Below, one piece after another: positions 47,963 to 58,955 of a stretch of DNA of 64,000 nucleotides. A program made the translations under genes and the position numbers. The notes beneath the pieces are model-generated. The model made no database searches and had not been told where the DNA came from. It saw nothing but the letters and a program-made list of their open reading frames with translations. How positions within the stretch are numbered: position 1 is the first letter of the stretch; the number at the start of each line of letters is the position of its first letter. Origin of the DNA: Octopus bimaculoides (lineage: Eukaryota). Location: positions 5,575,294 through 5,639,293 of the forward strand of contig NC_069007.1 in NCBI RefSeq assembly GCF_001194135.2, in the 5' to 3' direction.

Positions 47963-49478
47963 TCTTACTGTGTATATGGGTGTGTGTTTGTTTTTTCTAT
48001 GCATGGCCAAACCTCTGAATCAATCTGTACCAAATTTGGCTGTCAGGAAATTACGTCGGTTTTGTTTTTCTGCTTTAAAGGTAAACAATTGTGAAACGCT
48101 TTTTAATTGTGATAATGAAACAAGAGGTTTAAAAAAAAAGAAACAGTAAGGTTTTTAAATAACAAAATGTCTTCATACGGACACACGCACTGTAGGATAT
48201 CTTTCAATTTATACGATAAACTTTATAAAATTTAAAGTTCAATATTCCCGTGACATAAGTTAGAGATATCGACATGAGTTATTCAAATAATTGTTCATGG
48301 AATGGACCTAATAAAATCATAGCTAGGGTACACTCGATATTTAATATTTAAATCTGATGTGACCATTTCTACTTGGATATTGGTCCAACCTCAGATTTGA
48401 AATCGAATCTACAAGTTCCTCTTAGCCATATGGCCTATTGTTCTGCACGGCCTAACCACTGGATCAATCTGTACCAAATTTGACATGAAGGTTTTTCATT
48501 ACTTGGGGAAGGTTCTAGGAGGTGGGGGTCACTAAGTTTTTAACTTTTTTTCAAAAACAGAAATATGTTTTACATACCTGTCGTATACGTCAGTTTTATT
48601 TTTTTCGCTTTAAAGGTAAACGATTCTGATAGAAGCAAACAAGATATTGAATAATTCTCCATCATACGACTATGACCCCACCTCTTTTTTTTAAAGTAAA
48701 AATAAACGCAGTGTTAAAAACTTTAATCCCTTACATGTTGAAAAAAGGAAATGTTTTCTCCACAAAGAAATCAAGGTAACTAGTTTTGCTTTTTATTTTG
48801 TGGTATAAATGAGAGAATGGGTATAATTCTATTGGAAACGTAACTTAACAATTTACTGTTGACATCAAACATGTAACGACCACAAAAACACAATAATGTT
48901 TTTAATTATCTTTTTGCTTTTATTTCCATGTTCTCTGTAGCAAAGATTTTTGCAAGAATTCCGTTTGAAATGTTAAAAGGAATTTTGAAGTGATAATGAA
49001 GCAAGCGGTTGAGTCCTTACCTCCAAAATTTGTTTTTCTAGGGAAATATAAGGGTAACGATCTCTTCATTCCACGGACCCCATTAATCCCATCTGACCTC
49101 CCCTATGACCTCCAGTTCCCAGTGAAACAAAGTTTTGCCATGTCCATAAATAAATCTCAAGCACAATCTCTCAACGTTGTTGGACTTAACCTTGCTTCTC
49201 CTTGCTTCTCTCGTGGGCAATTATATGCAAGATATTCGCGAGTTGGAAGTCCCAAAACTATTTTTCATTGTACACCAATTAAAGGACATACTGAAAACAT
49301 TGTATATTTAGAAGTTCTACAAAATTAAATTGTGACTGATTTCAGGATTTGTTTTAATAACTTTGTTTATACTCACATTATCTAATAGAATTTTTCTGAA
49401 AATATCTTTTTTGCCAGAATATATTTATTTCCTTTAACATTCTTTAACTTTCCAAGCAACACCAGGTACTTAGGCTAG
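47963..49478 (+). mobile_element. Non-autonomous Helitron carrying a PIF1-family helicase C-terminal remnant
   Basis: 48990-49328 encodes FIPRTPLIPSDLP..LQFPVKQSFAMSINKSQAQSLNVVGLNL..PCFSRGQLY...SRVG...TENIVYLEVL; 3' end caagcaacaccaggtacttaggCTAG (49475-49478) resembles the Helitron subterminal palindrome + CTAG. The 5' boundary is approximate. Confidence 0.8.
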
Positions 49479-49479
49479 C

Positions 49480-49510
<31 letters not shown>

Positions 49511-49511
49511 A

Positions 49512-49739
49512 CACACAAGAGTGGCGGGTGCTGGAAAGTTCCAGGCTTCAAGGATATCACAAAAGGCCTGATTAGAGACCCAGCTTTCTGAGTTCTTTGA
49601 CAGGGCTTAAAAAATCTGAAGGACCATTGCAATAAATGTGTGAATCTGAGATGGGAATATGTTGAATAAAATCATAACTAACTGATCGTTCTGTATTTTC
49701 TTTTACCCAAAACCAGGAACTTTTCAGCACTCCCTCGTG
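49512..49739. mobile_element. Mariner-derived MITE (~230 bp)
   Basis: Left ...gggtgctggaaagttccaggc versus right aaccaggaacttttcagcactccctcgtg; TA at 49510-49511 and 49740-49741. Confidence 0.6.
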
Positions 49740-49781
49740 TATATGTGAATGGTGGGGTGATATGGTCATAAAGGACATGCA

Positions 49782-49824
<43 letters not shown>

Positions 49825-51215
49825 ATATATATATGGTATGTGTGTTTGTGTCTGTGCTTGGAGCATAGACATCAAATGATAAGGATGATATATATGTTTA
49901 TAAACACTGGTGTGTATATTTCAATGTAGTTTGTATCTTTCTGAATCATTTTTTTTTTTACAAAACATCACAGACATACATATTCTTCATCAATCCAACA
50001 TATTGCATCTTAAGGTATAAGTCTCCACTCTTGTCTCCCGTGGCTTCCATTGTGAAACACCTATTGCCAATAAATAAACATAACTATTGATATATTTTCT
50101 ATTCAGATCAGGAAATCTACTTAAAATATCGATTGATTTTTGGCAATGCTCAATTTTTTATTATTTCTCTCAAAGATTATTTTAAATTTGAATCTAAAGA
50201 GAAAAATATACAACAAACACATGTTTATTCTATTTAAATAAAACATGTTTTTAGTGTGAATATGCTTTTTTCCCCCTCAATTTTCTTTTTTTTTTTTTTT
50301 TACAATTATTATTACTATTATGCTATCAATTCTTGAACAAATGAACCGTCTTGGAAATTGGTCCGTTCTTCAGCGCTGTCAAATATAACATGATATTTTT
50401 ATTGTGTAGCTAAAGCTGAATCTATTTATTATTATTCTGTCTGTTGGCGCATTTGGTTTGGAAATTAAATATGATGTATGAGAGAATGGAATTAGCCAAA
50501 GAATTAAGATAGGAAATAGACTACTGCTAGTACTACTACTATTATTGCTACTGCTGCTCTTCTACTACTATCACTATCACCACCACCATTACTACTACAA
50601 CTACTACTACTACTACTACTAACAACAACAACATCACCATCACTATTGGCACTCTGTCAATTACGATAATGAGGGCTCCACACTTGCACACATTCCTTCT
50701 GGCCAAACACCACTAAAAGGACTTTGGGTGACCAGTGGTTTTGGTAAATATCCAAATTCTAGACGTTGCCCCAAGATGTTGCCTTGTGGAATTGAACTTG
50801 CTTTAGACATGACCTTTGTAACTGTGCAACTATAATTCCACCTAGCCATATAAATCACTGAAAATATCTACCTTCTATTTTTTACTTGTTTTAGTCATTA
50901 GACTGTGGCCATGCTGAGGCACCACGAAGAAGGTTTAGCTGAATAAGTAGACTCTAGGACTTATTAATTCTTTTTAAAACTTGGTACTTATGCTATCAAT
51001 CTCTTTTCCTGGACTGCTAAGTTAAGGCAGTGCTCCACAGCCAGTATACCAAAGCACACTAGTGTGCTATGAGGTGATGCTAGGTGTGCCACAGTGTAAA
51101 CTGAATATAATATTTTTCCAGTTCTATATTTAAGAGATGAGGAATTATGTACATTATTTACATTATGTACATTATTCATAATTGACGGATATTTAACCTC
51201 ATCTTGTTCGTTTTT

Positions 51216-51261
51216 AACACAACGTTTCGGCTGATATACCCTCCAGCCTTCATCAGGTATC
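51216..51261 (-). ncRNA. Minimal type-I hammerhead ribozyme (PLE-type)
   Basis: Minus strand: GATAC-CTGATGA-A-GGCTG-gagggtatat-CAGCC-GAAA-C-GTT^GTGTT; palindromic stem III AACGTT. Confidence 0.75.
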
Positions 51262-51342
51262 TTGGGGAAATTTTAAAGCTGGGTTCTCATTCCTAAGGAA
51301 TTTTTTGATGTTGTTGTTATTATTATTAGTAGTAGTAGTAGT

Positions 51343-51420
51343 ATTCAGGTCACTGCTTGGGATCGAACTCGGAATATTGGGGCTAGTAGTCTATGCTCTT
51401 AACCACTATGCCATGTTCCT
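51343..51420 (-). promoter_or_regulatory. tRNA-derived internal Pol III promoter (left arm)
   Basis: A box TGGCATAGTGG (51403-51413, minus), B box GTTCGATCCC (51359-51368, minus). Confidence 0.8.
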
Positions 51421-51422
51421 GT

Positions 51423-51495
51423 GGGCAGATGGCGTAGTGGTTAAGAGCATGAGTTACTAACTCCAAGATTCCGAGTTCGATTCCAGGTAGTGACC
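51423..51495 (+). promoter_or_regulatory. tRNA-derived internal Pol III promoter (right arm), tRNA-Ser-like
   Basis: A box TGGCGTAGTGG (51430-51440), D-loop GTGGTTAAG, anticodon-like GAG-TTACTAA-CTC, B box GTTCGATTCC (51475-51484); no intact acceptor stem. Confidence 0.8.
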
Positions 51496-51572
51496 TTAAT
51501 AATAATAATAATAATAATAGCAACATTAAAAAGTACCTTAGGAATGAGAGCCCAAGTTCAAAATTTTCCCAA

Positions 51573-51618
51573 GACACCTGATGAAGGCTGGAGGGCATAT
51601 AAGCCGAAACGTTGTGTT
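51573..51618 (+). ncRNA. Minimal type-I hammerhead ribozyme (PLE-type)
   Basis: GACAC-CTGATGA-A-GGCT-ggagggcatata-AGCC-GAAA-C-GTT^GTGTT; predicted cleavage after 51613. Confidence 0.75.
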
Positions 51619-53015
51619 AACAACAAACATGGTGAGGACAAATATCTATCAAATATAAATAAGGTAAATAATGTATAATATTTTTCCCTATACTTCTAAT
51701 TATATTTTTAGTTCAGGTGTGCCGCCAGATTTTGAAAAGAAGACAAGTGTATTTGCAAGGGAAGAAAGGTTGTGGAGCAATGAGTTAAGGGGATGGAAAC
51801 ACACCAACACCAGTTGTCAAGTGGTGTTGGGGGACAAACACAGACACACACTCACACATTATCATCATTATCCTTTAAAGTTCATTTTCCACACTGGCAT
51901 GGCTCAGACGGTTTGACAGGAGCAGGCAAGCTGGGGAACTGCACCACGTTTCAGTCTGATTTCACTTGGTTTCTATTGCCGGATGCCCTTCCTAACACCA
52001 ACCACTTTACAGCATGTGCTGGGGGATTTTAACATGGCACTAGCACAAGTGCTTTCATATGGTGCCAAATGCTCTTTAAGTGGCACCAGCAAAGGACTCT
52101 TGCAGGACAATCTTCTTCACCAAGGGGCCTCCACACTTTTGCTGTTCAGGATGGATCATCATACATATATATATATCTATGTATGTTGGTTCCCTGATGA
52201 TGAATTTATGTGCAATTCCAGCACCTCTTACTTGTTTGGAGTAGTGTGCACATATATTTTGAAACATATGTAGGAATTAAAGGAACTTATTGGTTATATG
52301 CGTTTTGATCCATTTATTATTATTCTTCATATCTACTCAAAATACATCACATTAACATGGTATTTTAACCTATTAACTGGGTATGATATCCCAGTATTCG
52401 TGTAATTTTTGCTACCCTGGTAACTATTAACATATTTTCATTATCAAAGTTTTTTCAACTGAGATAATATTAATATATACATAAATTAATATATATATCT
52501 ATATACTTCACTTTATGACAACTCGCTTTACAAGACCCTAGGTTTACAAAAGTTTCAACTACACTAACAAATGCTTCTGCGTGTTACTGAAAAGTGTATA
52601 GAAAGCGAAAACAGCTTCTTCTAAGCAAACAACTGTAGACTTGTTTTTTCTACAAGTCCATCTATGAGTGTTTATGAATCAGCAATTGTGTCTACAAGTA
52701 ATGGTGTATGAGTCTAGTGCAAGTGAGAGTGATTCAGAAAACGATTATAATATTTATTTTATTCTAAATGATGTTGACATTCTTTTTACATAAAATATTC
52801 TTTACATTCTACTCTTGTTTCATTGCCATTCATTTACGAGTTTTTTTAGTTTACGAGCTGTCTTCAGGAACAAATTAACTCATATATTGCAGAANNNNNN
52901 NNNNNNNNNNNNNNNNNNNNNNNNNNNNNNNNNNNNNNNNNNNNNNNNNNNNNNNNNNNNNNNNNNNNNNNNNNNNNNNNNNNNNNNNNNNNNNNNNNNN
53001 NNNNNNNNNNNNNNN

Positions 53016-53047
<32 letters not shown>

Positions 53048-53050
<3 letters not shown>

Positions 53051-53395
53051 TCATCATCGTCATCATCGTTTAACGTCCGCTTTTCATGCTAGCATGGGTT
53101 GGACGATTTGACGGAGGACTGGTGAACCAGATGGCTGCACCAGGCTCCAATCTTCCAAACGCCAACCACTACGAGAGTGTAGTGGGTGCTTTTACGTGCC
53201 ACCGGGGCAAGTCAGGCGGTATTGGCAATGGCTATGCTCAAAATGGTGTTTTTTACATGCCAACTGCACAGAAGCCAGTCCAGCGGCACTGGCAATGACC
53301 TCACTCGAATGTTTTTTCACGTGTCACCAGCACAAGTGCCAGTATGGCGACGCTGGTAACGATCACGCTCAAATGGTGCTATTTATGTGCCACTA
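53048..53395 (-). mobile_element. Family C (RTE tail) with ~3.5 internal units
   Basis: (cat)n cgtttaacgtccgcttttcatgctagcatggg, followed by repeated gtgccaccgg/gtgccaactgcac/gtgtcaccagcac units. Confidence 0.88.
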
Positions 53396-53496
53396 TCACA
53401 CTTTATTGCAGGTCAAATTTTTGTTGATATTTTGAATATCAAACATTGTACGTATGTGAAACTTGATCCATTGAAAGATCCTAGGTAGTTACATAT

Positions 53497-53793
53497 GGAG
53501 GCGCAATGGCCTAGTGGTTAGGGCAGCGGACTCGCGGTCATAGGATCGCGGTTTCGATTCCCAGACCAGGCGTTGTGAGTGTTTATTGAGCGAAAACACC
53601 TAAAGCTCCACGAGGCTCCGGCAGGGGATGGTGGCGAACCCTGCTGTACTCTTTTACCACAACTTTCTCTCACTCTTACTTCCTGTTTCTGTTGTGCCTG
53701 TAATTCAAAGGGTCAGCCTTGTCACACTGTGCCACGCTGAATATCCCCGAGAACTACGTTAAGGGTACATGTGTCTGTGGAGTGCTCAGCCAC
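53497..53793 (+). mobile_element. SINE family B, 3' end in gap
   Basis: ggaggcgcaatggcctagtggttagggcagcggactcgcgg..., the most CpG-rich B copy. Confidence 0.93.
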
Positions 53794-54665
53794 NNNNNNN
53801 NNNNNNNNNNNNNNNNNNNNNNNNNNNNNNNNNNNNNNNNNNNNNNNNNNNNNNNNNNNNNNNNNNNNNNNNNNNNNNNNNNNNNNNNNNNNNNNNNNNN
53901 NNNNNNNNNNNNNNNNNNNNNNNNNNNNNNNNNNNNNNNNNNNNNNNNNNNNNNNNNNNNNNNNNNNNNNNNNNNNNNNNNNNNNNNNNNNNNNNNNNNN
54001 NNNNNNNNNNNNNNNNNNNNNNNNNNNNNNNNNNNNNNNNNNNNNNNNNNNNNNNNNNNNNNNNNNNNNNNNNNNNNNNNNNNNNNNNNNNNNNNNNNNN
54101 NNNNNNNNNNNNNNNNNNNNNNNNNNNNNNNNNNNNNNNNNNNNNNNNNNNNNNNNNNNNNNNNNNNNNNNNNNNNNNNNNNNNNNNNNNNNNNNNNNNN
54201 NNNNNNNNNNNNNNNNNNNNNNNNNNNNNNNNNNNNNNNNNNNNNNNNNNNNNNNNNNNNNNNNNNNNNNNNNNNNNNNNNNNNNNNNNNNNNNNNNNNN
54301 NNNNNNNNNNNNNNNNNNNNNNNNNNNNNNNNNNNNNNNNNNNNNNNNNNNNNNNNNNNNNNNNNNNNNNNNNNNNNNNNNNNNNNNNNNNNNNNNNNNN
54401 NNNNNNNNNNNNNNNNNNNNNNNNNNNNNNNNNNNNNNNNNNNNNNNNNNNNNNNNNNNNNNNNNNNNNNNNNNNNNNNNNNNNNNNNNNNNNNNNNNNN
54501 NNNNNNNNNNNNNNNNNNNNNNNNNNNNNNNNNNNNNNNNNNNNNNNNNNNNNNNNNNNNNNNNNNNNNNNNNNNNNNNNNNNNNNNNNNNNNNNNNNNN
54601 NNNNNNNNNNNNNNNNNNNNNNNNNNNNNNNNNNNNNNNNNNNNNNNNNNNNNNNNNNNNNNNNN

Positions 54666-55805
54666 TATTCCATTTTCTACCATATCTTCATTTATTCAAA
54701 GATATAAAAAATCGGGAACTGTTGAAAACAGAATAAGATCCAGTGCACCACACAAGATTTCCCCTAGATCTTTAAGAAAAATGAAGTGAAGAATCGAAAA
54801 AAATGCAATGATCACCAGCAAGAAGATTTGTTAGCCTCGGGGACTAGTGTTACACTATGAACAATCAGCAATGAACTTCATAGGAATGAACTGAAGTCAT
54901 GCTCTCCTAGAAAAACTCCACCGTTGACTAAAAGGCATAGAGATGCCCGTTTGAAATTTGTTTATGAACATAAAGATAAATCTGATACATTCTGGGAAAA
55001 TGTTCTAGGGACAGACGAGTCGAAAATTGAATTGTTTGGATGAAATTTGCGTAGCCATGTTTGGCGGAAAGATGGTACCGCCTATTCACTGAAAAACACA
55101 ATTCCAACTGTAAAGTTTGGAGGTGGCAACAACATTGTGTAGGGGTGTTTCTCTGCAAATGGCACTGGCAATTTACATGTGATAGATGGTAGAATGAATG
55201 CAGAGATGTACCAAAATATTTCGAACAATAATTTATGGGACTCTGTAGAAAAACTCCAGCTTTGTGAAGGGTGGGTTTTACAACAGGATAACGACCCTAA
55301 GCACACGGCGAAGTCTACCAAAAATGGATTGTCAATCACAATATAAAATTATTAGAATGGCCAAGCCAGTCACCTGACTTCAACCCCATTGAAATTTTGT
55401 GGTGTTATTTGAAAATTAAAATTCATTCAAAGGCCCCAATGCGCATTTCAGATTTGAAGAAAATTTGTCAAGAAGAATGGGAAAAAATTCCTAACGAAAC
55501 ATGCGAGTCATTAATTAAGAACTACAAGAAGAGATTGGTTGAAGTGGAACTGAATAATGGTTATGCTACGAAGTATTAAATCAGAATTATCGGTTATTTA
55601 TGTTCTGTATGAATACTTTTTTCACCCCTAAATATTTATATTTGTATATAAATTCATTAGTTGCTATAATTTATTAGTTTCTTTTGCATATTCTTAGTTT
55701 ATACATGTGTATGCAACTATAGTATTGGTATATCCCATTTATGCTCATTAGAAATTAAATAAATAAAGAATTTTGACATGTATGAATATTTATTTCCCCC
55801 CACTG
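54666..55805 (+). mobile_element. Tc1 (DD34E) transposon, 3' part, IR/DR-type right end
   Basis: HTH remnant IPFSTISSFIQRYKKSG; TDESK (55014), QQDNDPKH (D 55287), WPSQSPDFNPIE (E 55391; 34 residues after one-base frameshift repair); stop 55577-55579; DRs at 55606-55629 and 55779-55805; ends CACTG+TA. Confidence 0.93.
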
Positions 55806-55872
55806 TATATAGCCTTGGATTTTTATCTCATTCTGTTTATTTTTCTATATATGCATATATATATATATATAC

Positions 55873-55948
<76 letters not shown>

Positions 55949-56769
55949 GTAAAAGTACCACCCAAACGTGGCCAATGCCAGTACCCGCTGACTGANNNNN
56001 NNNNNNNNNNNNNNNNNNNNNNNNNNNNNNNNNNNNNNNNNNNNNNNNNNNNNNNNNNNNNNNNNNNNNNNNNNNNNNNNNNNNNNNNNNNNNNNNNNNN
56101 NNNNNNNNNNNNNNNNNNNNNNNNNNNNNNNNNNNNNNNNNNNNNNNNNNNNNNNNNNNNNNNNNNNNNNNNNNNNNNNNNNNNNNNNNNNNNNNNNNNN
56201 NNNNNNNNNNNNNNNNNNNNNNNNNNNNNNNNNNNNNNNNNNNNNNNNNNNNNNNNNNNNNNNNNNNNNNNNNNNNNNNNNNNNNNNNNNNNNNNNNNNN
56301 NNNNNNNNNNNNNNNNNNNNNNNNNNNNNNNNNNNNNNNNNNNNNNNNNNNNNNNNNNNNNNNNNNNNNNNNNNNNNNNNNNNNNNNNNNNNNNNNNNNN
56401 NNNNNNNNNNNNNNNNNNNNNNNNNNNNNNNNNNNNNNNNNNNNNNNNNNNNNNNNNNNNNNNNNNNNNNNNNNNNNNNNNNNNNNNNNNNNNNNNNNNN
56501 NNNNNNNNNNNNNNNNNNNNNNNNNNNNNNNNNNNNNNNNNNNNNNNNNNNNNNNNNNNNNNNNNNNNNNNNNNNNNNNNNNNNNNNNNNNNNNNNNNNN
56601 NNNNNNNNNNNNNNNNNNNNNNNNNNNNNNNNNNNNNNNNNNNNNNNNNNNNNNNNNNNNNNNNNNNNNNNNNNNNNNNNNNNNNNNNNNNNNNNNNNNN
56701 NNNNNNNNNNNNNNNNNNNNTCCAGCATGGCCACAGTCAAAAGACTGAAACAAGTAAAAGAGTAAAAGA

Positions 56770-56843
<74 letters not shown>

Positions 56844-57184
56844 GGCTATAATAGAAGACACTGCTATGCAGTGGGACTGAACCTAGTACCATGTAGTTAG
56901 GAAGCATGATTGTTACCACACAGCCTCCAGAATTCTTTTACTGATTGACTCTGAAACACTAGAACAAGCAAATATTGGAAAGATGAAGTTGGTGGACCGG
57001 TGGGAGGTGGAGTAGACATTCAATAAAGAATATCTCTGACGCTGTGAGTATTGAATAATTAATTGTAAAAGAAAACCAAAATCAAGCGAAGCAATGTTTC
57101 GTGAAAAGAGAAAATAATACAGCGAAGAACAGTTGTGGAATCTTGGATATCTTAGTTGAGATTTGTTTAGAAAAGTAATTGAAA

Positions 57185-57860
57185 CAAATAGCAAACACAG
57201 TGGTAATAGAAGTAATAGTTGTAGTGGTGGTAGTGGTGGTGGTGGTAGTGGTGACAGTAGTAGTAGTAGTAGTGGTGGGGGTAGCAGTAGTAGTAGTAGT
57301 AGTGGTGGTGGCGGTGGTGGTGGTGGCAGTAGTAGTAGTAGTGGTGGTGGTGGCAGCAGGAGTAGTAGTAGTGGTGGTNNNNNNNNNNNNNNNNNNNNNN
57401 NNNNNNNNNNNNNNNNNNNNNNNNNNNNNNNNNNNNNNNNNNNNNNNNNNNNNNNNNNNNNNNNNNNNNNNNNNNNNNNNNNNNNNNNNNNNNNNNNNNN
57501 NNNNNNNNNNNNNNNNNNNNNNNNNNNGTGGTGGTGGTGGCAGTTGTAGTAGTGGTGGTGGTGGTGGCAGTTGTAGTAGTGGTGGTGGTGGTGGCAGCAG
57601 TAGTAGTGGTGGTGGCGGTGGTGGTGATGGTGGTAGTGATAGTAGTAGTAATGGTGGCAGCATTCTTGCTTTTATTGTTGGTGGTGGTAGTGGCACAGCT
57701 GGTATTAGTAGTAGTAGTAGTAGCAGCAGCAGCAGTAACAGTTGTGGTGATAGTGATGATATTGTTGTAGTTGGTGGTGGTGGTGGTGGTGATGACATTT
57801 GTTGTGGTAATAGTAGTAATATCAATGGTACTGGTTGGAGTGGTAGAACTGGTGGTAGTG
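57185..57860. repeat. (GGT/AGT/GCA)n degenerate trinucleotide array
   Basis: Visible; produces the poly-T/V/G/P spurious ORFs. Confidence 0.9.
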
Positions 57861-58148
57861 CAGTACACAAATACACTAAATAATTATTGATAAAATTAAT
57901 GTCTATTAACAGATATTTTCGTTTAATTACATTTTATAAATATAAATATATAAATATATTCTGATGCTTTTTAAAGCTGTTTCTGCTAATGTTTTTTGGT
58001 GTTTTTATCAAATTTCATTTCGTTCAAGACGTTTTAATATAAAAGATATATTTTTCTTGTAATGCATATAAACAGAACAAATTCTATCTGAATTATTTCA
58101 ATGGATTAAACAGAAACTATTATTGTTATTATTATTATTATTATTATT

Positions 58149-58312
58149 AGGAGTGGCTGTGTGGTAAGTAGGTTGCTTACCAACCACATGGTTGCGGGCT
58201 CATTCCCACTGTGTGGCACCTTGGGCAAGTGTCTTCTACTATAGCCTCGGGCCGACCAAAGCCTTGTGTGTGGATTTGGTAGACGGAAACTGAAAGAAGA
58301 ACATCGTATATA
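58149..58312 (+). mobile_element. SINE family A 5' half after (ATT)n
   Basis: Head and CORE-like block, ending at the internal (TA)n. Confidence 0.88.
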
Positions 58313-58324
58313 TATAAAAATTTC

Positions 58325-58548
58325 CTCTCCAAAGCACAAGTCCAGGCAAAATCATTTTTGTGGAAGGCCAGCTGTCGGCCATGCCTACCGACTTCCCCCT
58401 CTCTGCGCCACTGACGTTATCCAAGGGAAAGTCAAAGACTGATACAGCTTGGCATCAATGATGTTGCAACTCATTTCTACAGCTGATTGAACTGGGGCAA
58501 TAAAGTGTCTTGCTCAAGAACACAACATACAGCCCAGTCTGGGAATCA
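58325..58548 (-). mobile_element. SINE family I fragment
   Basis: Reverse complement of the 9961-10298 body. Confidence 0.78.
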
Positions 58549-58568
58549 AGCACATTATAATTATAATT

Positions 58569-58730
58569 CAGAGTGGTTGGTGTTAGGAAGGGCATCCAGC
58601 TGTAGAAACTCTGCCAGATCAGATTGGAGCCTGGTGTAGCCATCTGGTTTCACCAGTCCTCAGTCAAATCGTCCAACCCATGCTAGCATGGAGAGCGGAC
58701 GTTAAACGATAATGATGATGATGATGATGA
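58569..58730 (+). mobile_element. Family C (RTE tail) terminal 160 bp
   Basis: gagtggttggtgttaggaagggcatccagc...ggacgttaaac(gat)n. Confidence 0.9.
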
Positions 58731-58955
58731 AGGCAGTGAGTTGGCAGAACTGTTTGCACACTGAACAAAAGGCCTACCAGCATCTCATCCTGTTCTTTAC
58801 ATTCTGATTTCAAAATCTACAGAGGTCAGCTTCGCCATTCATCCTTTCAGGGTTGATAAAATAAGTACCAGTTGAGCACCAGAGGTCAATGTAATCGACT
58901 TACTCCCTCCCCAAAACTTTCTGGCTTAGTGCCGACATTCAAAACCATTATTATT
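58731..58955 (+). mobile_element. SINE family F
   Basis: ggcagtgagttggcagaa...cattcatcctttcagggttgataaaataagtaccag...ggtcaatgtaatcgact...(att)n. Confidence 0.75.

Larger units (their letters stand above)
51120..51680. mobile_element. Palindromic double tRNA-head / hammerhead-ribozyme element
   Basis: Inverted arms around a 2-nt centre (51421-51422); each arm = tRNA-like A+B boxes, (AAT)n, conserved 60-70 nt, hammerhead core, AT-rich end. Confidence 0.9.

Noticed and set aside
51423-51495. Functional tRNA gene (also the SINE A, B, F and I heads)
   Set aside because: A and B boxes are present but the acceptor and T stems do not close; these are tRNA-derived heads.
56930-57170. Coding-looking stretch (LIDSETLEQANIGKMKLVDRWEVE*...KRK*YSEEQLWNL)
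   Set aside because: Multiple stops, no recognisable family and no convincing splice signals.
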